From Methanobacteriota archaeon (GTDB taxonomy: Archaea > Thermoplasmatota > Thermoplasmata > SG8-5 > JAGLSY01): a stretch of DNA of 64,000 nt. This document shows positions 36,762 to 47,122 of the stretch, in pieces. The notes beneath the pieces are model-generated. The model saw nothing but the letters and a program-made list of their open reading frames with translations. It was not told where the DNA came from and did not search any database. Each line of letters begins with the position of its first letter. Position 1 is the first letter of the stretch. The translations under genes were made by a program, and so were the position numbers. Location of the stretch: positions 1 through 64,000 of the forward strand of contig JAEHCO010000003.1 of NCBI GenBank assembly GCA_020697715.1, in the 5' to 3' direction.

Positions 36762-38510
36762 TTGGGAGCAGTCAGACTTGGTAAGATAGCACTTCGATGG
36801 TGCATGAAATGTAATGTTCCAGTTATCGAGAAGAAGATATGCAGCAAATGCGGTGATGAGACCATTCCTGTTAATATCACGCCGCCCGGAGATTTTCGGC
36901 CGGCCTTTGATTATGATCTGGAGCTTATTCGAGCTACTGTCGATAAGCAGTTTGGAGAAGGCACTGGGGAGGAGATGCTGCCCCTTGACAAGATAGTTGT
37001 TCTCAATAAATCACCTGGCGTGGACCGTATGGACGAGGTCATTGTGGATGGCCAGGTGGTTGGCACTCATATCTACGAGCCGGGAAGAGGCTGGCGCTTT
37101 GTCATACGCATGATGGGCGCGCATTTCATACTTGACAAGTTGACCAAGGGCTGGGTGCAGGTGGACAATGGCGCAGTTCCGTCCATGAAGAAGGGATCCA
37201 GTGCGATGGCCATCGGTGTGATGGATGCAGACCCTGATATTCTGCCTGGCTATGAAGTCGTGATCTTCGATATGGATCGAGGATTGGTCGCAACAGGAAA
37301 GGCGAAGATGTCTGGCCCGGAGATGGTGGAAGTGATGAGAGGCCCAGCATTAAAGAATCGCTGGCACGATGAGATATCTGGCTTCGTTAGACCATCTGGC
37401 GGTCAGACCTGGAAGACAGCCGTGCAGGCCAATATTCCAAAGTTGGAGGAGGACATTGACCTTGCCGCGAGGAAGATACACAATACCATCAAGCGTGTTG
37501 GCAAGCCGGTAGCCGTGTCATTTTCCGGTGGAAAAGACAGCCTGGCAACTCTTTTGCTGGTGCTGGACGCGGGCATCAAGCCCAAGATAATCTTCATAGA
37601 TACTGGCATCGAGTTTCAGGAGACGCTTGATCACATTGACGAGATCATGAAGAAGCATGATCTCGAGATGCTGACCACCAAGGCTGGAGAGGCTTATTTC
37701 GATGCTGTGAAGTATTTCGGACCATCGTCCAAAGATTTCCGATGGTGCTGCAAGACCTGTAAGCTGGGACCTACCGCTGGCCTTGTTCGCGAGCACTTTC
37801 CGGATGGCGTGCTAAGTTTCATCGGCCAGCGCCAGTACGAATCCGAAGCGAGATATCAAAAAGGCGGCATCTGGGAGAACCCCTGGGTTCCTGGTCAGAT
37901 CGGCACTTCGCCAATTCAAAAATGGACTTCCCTGGAGGTCTGGCTTTACATTTTCTACAAGGAAGAGGAATATAATCCACTTTATGCAAAGGGCTTTGAA
38001 AGAATTGGTTGCTGGCTCTGCCCGGCAGCTGACATGGCCGAGCATTCGGAGATCGCCAAGTTCATGCCGCGTGCTGAAGAATGGAATACATTCCTCGAGC
38101 AGTATGCGAAGAAGAACGACCTGCCAGATGAGTGGGTCACCATGGGACTCTGGAGGTGGAAGAAACTCTCCAGAGGTATGCGGGATTATCTCCACCTGGA
38201 GAAACTGGATCATCTCATCGAGAAGCTGGACGAGTTCGAGAAGCGTGGCTACGAACACCTGGAAAATGAGGAAGTGCCAGCCGAGATGGCGGAGCGCGTT
38301 CAGACCTTTTCCATGATAACTGGCGGCGAAATTAACGGGGCAGTGATAAGGAAAGCACTGCATTGCGTTGGTTGTGGAGTTTGCCTTTCAAGGTGTGAGA
38401 ATGGCGCACTGGAATTAATAGATGGTAAAATATATTTAGATGAGGATAAATGTGTTTCTTGTGGTTTATGCCTGCATCCGTGTCCTGTTGTAGATTATCC
38501 AAGACGATAA
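36762..38510 (+). CDS. PAPS-reductase-family protein with N-terminal Zn ribbon, PUA domain and C-terminal 2x[4Fe-4S] domain
   Basis: WCMKC...CSKC, SFSGGKDS, RWCCKTCK, RIGCWLCP, CVGCGVC...CVSCGLC; TTG start inferred. Confidence 0.85.
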   Translation: MGAVRLGKIALRWCMKCNVPVIEKKICSKCGDETIPVNITPPGDFRPAFDYDLELIRATVDKQFGEGTGEEMLPLDKIVVLNKSPGVDRMDEVIVDGQVVGTHIYEPGRGWRFVIRMMGAHFILDKLTKGWVQVDNGAVPSMKKGSSAMAIGVMDADPDILPGYEVVIFDMDRGLVATGKAKMSGPEMVEVMRGPALKNRWHDEISGFVRPSGGQTWKTAVQANIPKLEEDIDLAARKIHNTIKRVGKPVAVSFSGGKDSLATLLLVLDAGIKPKIIFIDTGIEFQETLDHIDEIMKKHDLEMLTTKAGEAYFDAVKYFGPSSKDFRWCCKTCKLGPTAGLVREHFPDGVLSFIGQRQYESEARYQKGGIWENPWVPGQIGTSPIQKWTSLEVWLYIFYKEEEYNPLYAKGFERIGCWLCPAADMAEHSEIAKFMPRAEEWNTFLEQYAKKNDLPDEWVTMGLWRWKKLSRGMRDYLHLEKLDHLIEKLDEFEKRGYEHLENEEVPAEMAERVQTFSMITGGEINGAVIRKALHCVGCGVCLSRCENGALELIDGKIYLDEDKCVSCGLCLHPCPVVDYPRR

Positions 38511-38839
38511 TTTCCCTTGAACATCTTTATGAACATAAGTATCGTCAAAACAAGTATAATTATGGGAACGATGAAGAGCGGCCAGATATACCACGGCATC
38601 CCGCCCAGACCCCATGAGAATCCAAAGACAAACACAAAGGGCAGGAAACTGAAATTACTGCTCTTTTTTCTGAATAACAAACTTATGCCATAAATGAAGT
38701 AAATGACTGCGTTAATGATGAATAATATGATAAAATAGGGAGCGTCGATCAAGATAAGACCCAGGCAGTATACTGCAAAGCCAAGTGAGAGAATTCCTGT
38801 GCCTATCCGTAGCCAGTCCTTATTTCCATCCATATTCAT
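38495..38839 (-). CDS. Small 4-TM hypothetical protein
   Basis: Hydrophobic; start overlaps the ArsR stop (ATGA coupling). Confidence 0.65.
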   Translation of the reverse strand: MNMDGNKDWLRIGTGILSLGFAVYCLGLILIDAPYFIILFIINAVIYFIYGISLLFRKKSSNFSFLPFVFVFGFSWGLGGMPWYIWPLFIVPIIILVLTILMFIKMFKGNYRLG

Positions 38840-39204
38840 AGCCTCCCAGCCACCTTGACAGCTTCCTTTCCAGGTTTTGTCGGTGCATATATTATCCAGC
38901 TGGCCTGCCGCTGGCCATCAATAAGGCCAGCGTCCTTCAGGATATTGATGTGATAGCTGAGCTTGGAATCCGAGATCTTGGGGCCGAGCATTTCTTTGAT
39001 CAGACACACACACAAGGGTTGCTCGACAAGTGCCAGCATTATTTTTAGTCGCAGTGGGTCGGACAGAGCCTGAAAGATCTGGCTCTGTTCTTCCAGCTTT
39101 TTCTTATCTGGCAGAGCCTTGGCAATACCTTTGATGCCGCCTTTGGATTCGCACTGCTTCCTAATTGGTTCTGGTATCTCGGTATCCAGGATATCACCTT
39201 TCAA
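38836..39204 (-). CDS. ArsR/SmtB-family transcriptional regulator
   Basis: FQALSDPLRLKI, LCVC, SKLSYH..ILK.AGLI. Confidence 0.9.
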   Translation of the reverse strand: MKGDILDTEIPEPIRKQCESKGGIKGIAKALPDKKKLEEQSQIFQALSDPLRLKIMLALVEQPLCVCLIKEMLGPKISDSKLSYHINILKDAGLIDGQRQASWIIYAPTKPGKEAVKVAGRL

Positions 39205-39321
39205 TATGATTTCAACTTTTCTTGAAATAACTTTATATACTTCGGACTATTTCAAGTTTATTTGAAATAACATAGACTTCGTGATATAAAAATCTGTTCA
39301 TCACGAGGGAGATGGAATAAA

Positions 39322-40278
39322 ATGGATCCGATCCTGGCATTCGCGGACTGGCTGGTGTATGGCATATTTGGGTACGAGGCAGGAACCCACGCAGGCGATG
39401 CCCTCAATTTTTTCGTGTATGATGTGATCAAAATATTCGTTTTACTAATGACCATGATCTTTCTCGTATCTTATATTCGAACCTATATAACGCCCGAGAA
39501 AGCGCGCAAGTTCCTGGGGGAACGAACGGGCATTCAATATAATTTAATGGCCGCGATGGTGGGAGTTGTAACTCCTTTCTGTTCCTGCTCCAGCGTGCCG
39601 ATTTTCATTGGATTCGTAGGAGCTGGTGTGCCCCTTGGAGTTACATTTTCCTTCCTAATTACTTCGCCCATGGTGAATGAGGCGGCTGTCGCGGTCCTTG
39701 GCGGATCAATAGGCTGGGCGGCCACCGCTGTTTATGTTATCAGTGGTGTTCTTATCGGTACTTTCGGTGGATACATCATAGGAAAATTGAAGTTAGAGCA
39801 CTTGGTCGAGGATTTCGTTTACAAGACCTTTATTGGAGAAGGCCTGGATCCCGAAACAATGGCGTGGCAGGAAAGACGCGACTGGGCATGGGGCGAGACA
39901 AAGGATATCGTTCTGAAGGTCTGGCCTTACATTCTCATAGGCGTGGGTGTCGGTGCGATATTCCATGGGTATGCACCCGAAGGGATCATGGCCCAGTATG
40001 CGGGAAAGGATAATCTGTTAGCGGTTCCGGTTGCCGTGGGTCTGGGAGTGCCTCTATATTCCAATGTCATGGGGCTCATCCCGATAGCAGAATCTTTGAT
40101 AGGCAAGGGTCTGCCAGTGGGAACCGCACTGGCATTTTTGATGTCCGTTACCGCTCTCTCCCTGCCTGAGCTGATAATCCTGAAAAAGGTACTGAAGCCT
40201 AAACTGATAATGTATTTCGTAGCTATTGTCGCCACGGGCATCATCATCACTGGCTACGTATTCAATTTGATATTATGA
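39322..40278 (+). CDS. ArsP/DUF318-family permease
   Basis: TPFCSCSSVP, FSFLITSPMVNE, GVPLYSN, ALSLPE. Confidence 0.9.
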   Translation: MDPILAFADWLVYGIFGYEAGTHAGDALNFFVYDVIKIFVLLMTMIFLVSYIRTYITPEKARKFLGERTGIQYNLMAAMVGVVTPFCSCSSVPIFIGFVGAGVPLGVTFSFLITSPMVNEAAVAVLGGSIGWAATAVYVISGVLIGTFGGYIIGKLKLEHLVEDFVYKTFIGEGLDPETMAWQERRDWAWGETKDIVLKVWPYILIGVGVGAIFHGYAPEGIMAQYAGKDNLLAVPVAVGLGVPLYSNVMGLIPIAESLIGKGLPVGTALAFLMSVTALSLPELIILKKVLKPKLIMYFVAIVATGIIITGYVFNLIL

Positions 40279-40339
40279 TGAATGATAAAATGATATAGTA
40301 TATGGTAGATGACTAATAGAAAAAAGAAATAGAAAAGGA

Positions 40340-40582
40340 GTGAAAAAAATGAAGATCGAGATACTGGGATCCGGGTGTGCGAAATGCAGGACCTTGGAAG
40401 CCAATGTGAGAGAAGCCGTCAAGGAGATGGCCATAGATGTGGAGATCGTCAAGGTGGATGACTTTGCCGAGATAGCGAAACGCGGTGTCATGGTGACCCC
40501 AGCGCTTGTCGTGGACGGCAAAGTGTTGCTCAATGGAAAAGTACCCAAGGTCAGTAAGATAAAGAAACTACTGGCTCGATGA
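40340..40582 (+). CDS. Small thioredoxin-family redox protein (MTH895-like)
   Basis: IEILGSGCAKC, GVMVTPALVVDG. Confidence 0.9.
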   Translation: MKKMKIEILGSGCAKCRTLEANVREAVKEMAIDVEIVKVDDFAEIAKRGVMVTPALVVDGKVLLNGKVPKVSKIKKLLAR

Positions 40583-40628
40583 TCAGCAAGCCATCTGAAA
40601 CAAAAACAAAAATAAAGGACGAGCGGCC

Positions 40629-41261
40629 ATGAAAGATAAAGTGAAAATTCATAATAAGGATAATAAGGATAAGAAGCGCAGTTCTGATAAGTCTATATCG
40701 ATAGCATTAGGATTAATTTTGATAATAATTCTATTCGCGGTCTATGTCTTAACGGATGGTACCACACAGGATCCATATGTCAATGATCCGATCTCTCCAG
40801 ATGATGTGGCCGATCCTTATGTGTTCATTCATTCTATTGGCTCAGATACTGAAGATTTTTGGTCGATCAATCCCGCCGATCATGTATTACCCGGGGGTTT
40901 TGTATCGCACCCATCCTGGGCACTGGCTGATCTGGAATCTCGGCCATTGCTCATATTCACGCATAGTGAGGGATGTGCCCCTTGCGTCACACAGACCGCC
41001 ATATGCGAGTCCATCTACGCAGACTATTCATCTGATATCAAATATTATGATATCCTATCCGGCACCGACGAACCAGAAGCCACGGAGGCCTTCACAGCAT
41101 ATGACCCGAATGGAGATCCTCATTTCGTACCTCTCACAATAGTGGTGACCAATGGGCCAGATGACTCCATTATCTGGCATAGCTGGGAAGGGGTCGTGCA
41201 GGAGTTGCCTCTGAGTGAATGGATAGACGATGCGATCGCATATCATGAGAAGTACTCGTAA
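40629..41261 (+). CDS. Membrane-anchored extracytoplasmic thioredoxin-fold protein
   Basis: N-terminal TM; GCAPC (CXXC); cis-Pro-like FVPLT. Confidence 0.7.
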   Translation: MKDKVKIHNKDNKDKKRSSDKSISIALGLILIIILFAVYVLTDGTTQDPYVNDPISPDDVADPYVFIHSIGSDTEDFWSINPADHVLPGGFVSHPSWALADLESRPLLIFTHSEGCAPCVTQTAICESIYADYSSDIKYYDILSGTDEPEATEAFTAYDPNGDPHFVPLTIVVTNGPDDSIIWHSWEGVVQELPLSEWIDDAIAYHEKYS

Positions 41262-41266
41262 AGGAA

Positions 41267-42748
41267 ATGGTGGTAATGATGGTGGAAGGTCCAAAGATCA
41301 ATGACAAGAGGTCGATTATCCTGCTCATCATCATCATATTCATATTGCTGGCATCCGCCATTATGATAGGTTTTTATGACCCGGACAACGGGGCTGATAT
41401 CAAGCTAGCCCCGGACTTCACCGCCACGGACCACATGAACAGGACATTCAGTCTTAGTGATAATATCGGCAAGGTGACCGTACTTCACATAAATCAATTG
41501 GAAAGCCCGCTCTGCCTGGAATGCGAGGAGCAGATGAGGGGGCAGATCGAGGAACTGGAATTGCTGGCTGCTGATAATGATACGGATGTCAGCATCATCA
41601 CCCTGAACATCAGAAAGAACGAATATTCAGATGATGGCTGGCAGCTGATGTATGATTGGTACGGGACCAATATCACCTGGAATTGGGTGGAGGAACACGA
41701 GCCGTACACGATAGCTTCCCAGTACCAAAAATACTGGGAAGTGGACAGCAGTTTTGCGAATCCCAGTTTGATACTTATAGATCATGAATCGAACGTGGTG
41801 GGTGTTTATCATGTTTATTGCCTGGGAACCGGAGAGCTGGACGGCATCCAGACCCATGGATCATTGGCCCAGGATGTGGAGGATATCCTGGCCGGAGATT
41901 GGGGTGATGAGTTCAGGGGCGATATCTCCACAGGTGTCAGCCTTGGAAGCATGCTCCTTCTCGGCATAGCCACATCCTTCTCCCCATGTTCGATATTATT
42001 ACTGCTGACCATGATATCCTATATCGGGGCCCAGAAGGATGAGGAGGATGCGGATGAGGGTGGAGATGTGGATGAAAATAATAATGAGGATAAAGGTGCA
42101 AATAACGAAACAACTGGCCTGGATTGGAAAAAGGGATTGTGGATGGGCATATCATTCACACTGGGCACGACCCTCGTATTCCTCATATTCGGATTTTTAA
42201 TTTCGTATATCGGGCTTTTCATAGAGATGTCCAGCACCTTCTACCTGGTTGCTGGCTCCATACTCGTGATACTGGGCATAAATGCCATCAAGCCCCTCAC
42301 TGGACTGTTGGATATTTTGAAAACAAATAACACTGGCCGTGAAGAGGCCAGTGAAATTGAAACAGAAACCAATGATACCGGAATCAAGTTCGGAGCAGGG
42401 TTCATAGAAAGATTGAGCAAGCGCTCGGCCAATCTGGCTTCCTTCTTCCTGGGCATCATATTCTCCATTGGCTGGGCACCATGCGCGATATCCCTGGTAT
42501 TTCCCGTGATGGTACTAATGCTGGCTCAGGATATTTCCATATTGACAGGCGGGATGATGATGGGAGCCTTCGGACTCGGTCACGGCCTTGTGATAATCCC
42601 ATTCACTGTCGCGAGCAGTGAATTGAAAGGAAAGCTGGGCAATAAGTACATGAATGCTGGAAGATGGATCCAGCCTTTGTTCGGACTGGCCATAATAGCC
42701 ATAGGGATGATATTCGCTATAAGGTATTTTGGAATTGAGATGTGGTAG
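41267..42748 (+). CDS. Thioredoxin/AhpC-like domain fused to CcdA/DsbD-beta transmembrane domain
   Basis: APDFTATD, CLEC; SFSPCS and GWAPCA conserved Pro-Cys motifs of CcdA. Confidence 0.82.
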   Translation: MVVMMVEGPKINDKRSIILLIIIIFILLASAIMIGFYDPDNGADIKLAPDFTATDHMNRTFSLSDNIGKVTVLHINQLESPLCLECEEQMRGQIEELELLAADNDTDVSIITLNIRKNEYSDDGWQLMYDWYGTNITWNWVEEHEPYTIASQYQKYWEVDSSFANPSLILIDHESNVVGVYHVYCLGTGELDGIQTHGSLAQDVEDILAGDWGDEFRGDISTGVSLGSMLLLGIATSFSPCSILLLLTMISYIGAQKDEEDADEGGDVDENNNEDKGANNETTGLDWKKGLWMGISFTLGTTLVFLIFGFLISYIGLFIEMSSTFYLVAGSILVILGINAIKPLTGLLDILKTNNTGREEASEIETETNDTGIKFGAGFIERLSKRSANLASFFLGIIFSIGWAPCAISLVFPVMVLMLAQDISILTGGMMMGAFGLGHGLVIIPFTVASSELKGKLGNKYMNAGRWIQPLFGLAIIAIGMIFAIRYFGIEMW

Positions 42749-42759
42749 TGATCGAAACA

Positions 42760-43758
42760 CTACCACTTCCCATCTCCGAACCAGCCCTGAGCAACCATTC
42801 CATATTTCTTGGCCAGCTTCTTGCCTTTATCATGTGAATCCACCAGGCCCAAGCTCTTCGCCACGGGTATGTCCGGAATTCCCCATTTATTATTGTTACC
42901 GTACAGAGCGAGATACTTATCCAGAAGCTCGGGATAATGCTTTTCGATAGTGCGCATGAAAGCATCCTTCTGCCGCCCAGGTTTCAATGTCAGGCCGCCA
43001 GCCAGCATCCATTCCACACCTGCTTCCTTGGCTCGACGGAACACGGCTTCCATGTTCTCATCCGTATCCGCTATCCAGGGTATGAGGGGCATGGCCCAGA
43101 TGCCGGTGTGAATTCCGGCATCTGCCAAGGTGGCCAGTGTTTCAAATCTTTCTGTCGTGCTGCTGGCATTGGGCTCGAATATTTTTTGGATATCATCCGA
43201 GTCAAAGGCCACGCTCATTGCCACCGTGGCCTTGCTGGTCTCATTTATCTTAACCAGCAGGTCCAGATCCCTCAGAATAAGTTTATTTTTAGTAAGTATG
43301 AAGACCGGGATATTGTAATCCACGGCCATTTGTAGAAGACGGCGTGTCATCTTCACTTCCTTCTCGGCTGGCTGGTAAACATCACATACGCCTCCGCCAA
43401 TGCACACCGTGAAGTCCGGTTCATTTTCGATATCTTGCTTCATATCTTCTGAAAAATCAAGAAGGGTGCCAGTGTGCTTGCGATTGATAGGAATAAGACC
43501 TTTCTTTTTCAGATATGCCTCAAGAAGTTCCGGAGAATTCTGCTTGACCTTGATACGAGTGCCAAAGTCCTCGTGCATGTGGTAATTCTCCGCCTTGCCA
43601 TCGCAATAAACGCAATCATGCCAGCACCCTTGATATGGATTCAGATTGATATTGCCAGACCTCTTCTGCTCGCGCACTACTGTCTTTGCATCGTAGTATT
43701 CGATCTGATAGGTGTCCGCATCTCCATCTGGAAAATATGACTGGCCTGTGTCACTCAT
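42760..43758 (-). CDS. Radical SAM protein, spore-photoproduct-lyase-like (Rv2578c) family
   Basis: NPYQGCWHDCVYC, DVYQPAE, ILTK, FEPNA. Confidence 0.85.
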   Translation of the reverse strand: MSDTGQSYFPDGDADTYQIEYYDAKTVVREQKRSGNINLNPYQGCWHDCVYCDGKAENYHMHEDFGTRIKVKQNSPELLEAYLKKKGLIPINRKHTGTLLDFSEDMKQDIENEPDFTVCIGGGVCDVYQPAEKEVKMTRRLLQMAVDYNIPVFILTKNKLILRDLDLLVKINETSKATVAMSVAFDSDDIQKIFEPNASSTTERFETLATLADAGIHTGIWAMPLIPWIADTDENMEAVFRRAKEAGVEWMLAGGLTLKPGRQKDAFMRTIEKHYPELLDKYLALYGNNNKWGIPDIPVAKSLGLVDSHDKGKKLAKKYGMVAQGWFGDGKW

Positions 43759-43899
43759 TGTATTGAAATGACCGCCAATATCTATAACACTTTCGACAGG
43801 GTGAGCGAAAGTGTTTTTCTCAAATAATGACCACAAAATGAACACTTTTGCTCACTTCTGTTAAGTCTTTTGACCACTAATATTGTAATCAGTGATAAG

Positions 43900-45324
43900 A
43901 TGACAGATGATGCAAATTCATATCAGGCAGGAAGAAAGAACGGTGGCATGAGGACATTCACAGTGGTCTGGACCGGCCAGTTCGTCTCCATGTTGGGAAG
44001 TGCGATGGTGGGCTTCGCACTCGCAATTTGGGCTTGGCTATTGACAGGACAGGCGACCGCATTGGCTATGGTCGCCTTCTTCTCCTTCGCTCCTACAATA
44101 TTGATGAGCCCGATAGCCGGAGCACTTGTTGACAGATGGAACCGCAAAAAGACAATGATACTCAGCGATCTGGCTGCTGGAATTGGCAGCATCGTGATAC
44201 TGGCGATCTATCTTGCAGGTGGCCTTCAGATCTGGCATCTATGTGCTGTCGGAGCCTTCTCAGGTATATTTCAATCCTTCCAGTTCCCAGCTTATTCAGC
44301 AGCTATAACGACCATGGTTGACAAAAAGCACTATGCCAGAACAAATTCCATGATGGCAATGGCCGGCTCAGCCTCTATAATCATCGCACCCATGCTAGCT
44401 GCCTTCCTGCTCGGGCCGATCGGAATAGCCGGAATATTGGTGCTGGACATCATCACATTCACATATGCAATTTCAGTGATCCTTATGGCTGACATACCTC
44501 AGCCAGCAGAGTCAAAGGATGGAAAGGAAAGCAAGGGCAGTCTGTGGAAGGAATCCCTGTACGGCTTCAAGTACATACGCGAGAGGCCCAGTTTATTCAG
44601 CCTGCTCTTAATATTCTTCCTTTTCAACCTTGTCGCGACAGCCGGCCAGACAGTGCTCGCACCCATGCTACTTGCGAGAACTGCAAACAATGAAATGATA
44701 CTTGGCTCGGTCATGTCGATATTCGGGATAGGAGGCATCGTGGGGGGACTGGTCATAACAGCATGGGGAGGTCCGAAGAGGAAGATACACGGCATACTAC
44801 TCGGCATGGCTGCAGGTAGTCTGTTGGGCATCACCCTCATCGGGCTTGGCCAGTCGATGTATGTCTGGGCCATAGGGGCCTTCATCGCAGCTGCTGTATT
44901 CCCGGTATTAGGAAGCTCGAGCCAGGCCATCTGGCAGTCCAAGGTCGCGCCAGATGTTCAGGGAAGGGTGTTTGCCGCCCGCAGAATGATCGCCCAGGTC
45001 TGTGTACCCATCTCGATGCTGATTTCCGGACCACTGGCCGATAGGGTATTCGAGCCTGCCATGATGGATGGCGGGAGCCTAACTGGTATATTCGGTTGGC
45101 TGGTGGGAACTGGCCCAGGTGCCGGAATGGGATTGATGCTCGTATTGGCAGGTATCGGAAGTGCGATAATAGCACTGGCCGCCTATGGGTCGAAAAATGT
45201 GAGGAACATAGAGGACATACTGCCAGATCATGATGCAGTGCCAGAGCCAGTGCCGGAGCCAATTAGCCCAGAACACCCAAATCCAGGCCCGGAATCACCA
45301 CACCCCTCAACATCATCAGTTTGA
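43900..45324 (+). CDS. MFS transporter (DHA3/MefA-like), paralog of 30618-32147
   Basis: GQFVSMLG, GALVDRWNRK, FQFPA, SSQAIWQSKV, GWLVGTGPGAGMG shared with the paralog. Confidence 0.9.
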   Translation: MTDDANSYQAGRKNGGMRTFTVVWTGQFVSMLGSAMVGFALAIWAWLLTGQATALAMVAFFSFAPTILMSPIAGALVDRWNRKKTMILSDLAAGIGSIVILAIYLAGGLQIWHLCAVGAFSGIFQSFQFPAYSAAITTMVDKKHYARTNSMMAMAGSASIIIAPMLAAFLLGPIGIAGILVLDIITFTYAISVILMADIPQPAESKDGKESKGSLWKESLYGFKYIRERPSLFSLLLIFFLFNLVATAGQTVLAPMLLARTANNEMILGSVMSIFGIGGIVGGLVITAWGGPKRKIHGILLGMAAGSLLGITLIGLGQSMYVWAIGAFIAAAVFPVLGSSSQAIWQSKVAPDVQGRVFAARRMIAQVCVPISMLISGPLADRVFEPAMMDGGSLTGIFGWLVGTGPGAGMGLMLVLAGIGSAIIALAAYGSKNVRNIEDILPDHDAVPEPVPEPISPEHPNPGPESPHPSTSSV

Positions 45325-45335
45325 TTATTGCCCAG

Positions 45336-45382
45336 AACATGTGTAAGGCTCGGCTTCAAGCCCCGAAGCTTTACACATGTTC
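45336..45382. repeat. Intergenic inverted repeat (possible terminator or palindromic element)
   Basis: gaacatgtgtaa ... ttacacatgttc 12-bp stem around ggcttcaagcc, 11 bp after the MFS stop. Confidence 0.5.
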
Positions 45383-45428
45383 CTCCACATACCGTTATAT
45401 ATCCCCAAGGCAATTATGACCTGTAACT

Positions 45429-46010
45429 ATGTCAGGATATCTCATTGTGGACATCGAGACCGCGGATCTCGAATTCGAAGACCAGGAGGTGCAGAGATAC
45501 CTCCTGGAGAAGAACATAATTCCAGCTCTGCATCCTTACTTTTCCAGAATTGCCGCGATAGGGGTGAAGCCAGCTGGCAAGGATGCCATCATCCTTCATG
45601 GGGATGAAGAGGTGGAGATATTGACCGAATTCTGGAGACTGGTGAAGAGCAATCAAATGGCGAAAATAGTCACATTCAATGGCTATGGATTTGACATTCC
45701 TTACATAAATGCCAGGAGCGTGTTGAATGGCATCTCTCCAGGCACTGGCATCAATCTTAACAAATGGAACATGGGACGTTCCAATCACTTCGACATCATG
45801 CAGGCGATGTCCATGACAGGTAATTTCAAATGGGTGTCACTGGAGATGACAGCCAGAGTTCTAGATGTGCCAGTTCCAGAGGACAGTATTCCGTCCGCCG
45901 ATATGCCCAAGCTCTTCAAGGAAGGCGATTGGGCCAGCATTGTGAAGCATAACAAACATGATCTAGAAATGACCGAAGCCATATATCTCAAAATTAAGGA
46001 TATGTTTTGA
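45429..46010 (+). CDS. Stand-alone DEDD (DnaQ/PolB-like) 3'-5' exonuclease
   Basis: ExoI VDIET, ExoII TFNGYGFDIPY, HFDIM, ExoIII HNKHDL. Confidence 0.85.
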   Translation: MSGYLIVDIETADLEFEDQEVQRYLLEKNIIPALHPYFSRIAAIGVKPAGKDAIILHGDEEVEILTEFWRLVKSNQMAKIVTFNGYGFDIPYINARSVLNGISPGTGINLNKWNMGRSNHFDIMQAMSMTGNFKWVSLEMTARVLDVPVPEDSIPSADMPKLFKEGDWASIVKHNKHDLEMTEAIYLKIKDMF

Positions 46011-46067
46011 ACTCCTTCTACAATTCCTGAACCTATCATAAACTTTATTTTGTACTCACCTATTAGG

Positions 46068-47027
46068 ATGAACGATAATATGACAATAGAATATCGACAC
46101 CCAACAATAGATGACATCGAGGCTATGACCGATATAGCCAACAGATCCAGCAGAGAACTGCCGCTCCACAGAGATAATACTGTGGAGGAGATGAGAGCCT
46201 GGACCTTTGAAGAGGAAGATTATGACCCGAAGGGATACTTACTGGCTCTGGTTGATGGAGAACCTGCAGGTTACGGCGGTACAATGGTTCAAAAGAGCCG
46301 TCAGGAATCTGGCATGAACGATATCCACATTGGTTTGGGTGTCGTGCCAGAGCATCGGGGCAAGGGCATCGAGCAATATCTTATGAAGCATGGACTGGCC
46401 TTTGGTAGGGAAAAAGGGATCAAATATGCAAAGAGATGGTGCAGTCTGACCGAGGGCTGGAGGCATGATCTCAGCCTGGAATTCGGCTTCAAGGACGTCC
46501 GCCATGGTTATGTCATGGTGTATGATCAGAATGCTCCGCCGCCAAATGTACCCCTGCCCGACAATATGAGGTTCGAGCACCATGACTTCAAGAGTGCCAG
46601 TAGTGAGGTCATCACTCAGTTCGTTGAAGGGTTCAATGATTCTTTTGTCGACCATTATAATTTCTCACCTGTACCTATCCAGAGATTCATTAAGGCTCAG
46701 GAAGTGGACATGGAGCCAGGTCGCATCACCTTTGCAAAGGAAGGTGATGATATCTCAGGCGTACTTCTCGTAGAGGAGTCTACGGAATTCAATAAGGAAA
46801 ATGGGACAAAGGTAGGCTGGGCCAATGTATTGGGTGTTCGTAAGGAATATAGAAAGAGAGGCATTGGAAGAGCCCTATTATCTGATGGTATGAAGTGGAT
46901 ACTTGACCAGGGCATGGACACCGTTTATCTTGGCATGGATGCCGAGAACGCCAAAGCACTGGACCTATACCTGTCACTGGGCTTCAAGGTCGATCAGGAA
47001 GGTATCACTTACCAACTTGACCTATAG
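46068..47027 (+). CDS. Tandem-domain GNAT acetyltransferase
   Basis: Two motif-A copies VVPEHRGKGI and GVRKEYRKRGIG; NAKALDLYLSLGF. Confidence 0.88.
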   Translation: MNDNMTIEYRHPTIDDIEAMTDIANRSSRELPLHRDNTVEEMRAWTFEEEDYDPKGYLLALVDGEPAGYGGTMVQKSRQESGMNDIHIGLGVVPEHRGKGIEQYLMKHGLAFGREKGIKYAKRWCSLTEGWRHDLSLEFGFKDVRHGYVMVYDQNAPPPNVPLPDNMRFEHHDFKSASSEVITQFVEGFNDSFVDHYNFSPVPIQRFIKAQEVDMEPGRITFAKEGDDISGVLLVEESTEFNKENGTKVGWANVLGVRKEYRKRGIGRALLSDGMKWILDQGMDTVYLGMDAENAKALDLYLSLGFKVDQEGITYQLDL

Positions 47028-47122
47028 ATCAGCATAATACAAAACTAACTATGATGTATATTTTTATACATCGGAGAACACTTATATACTATATCGTCCT
47101 CCTCGCCCTTCAAGGTGACAAT

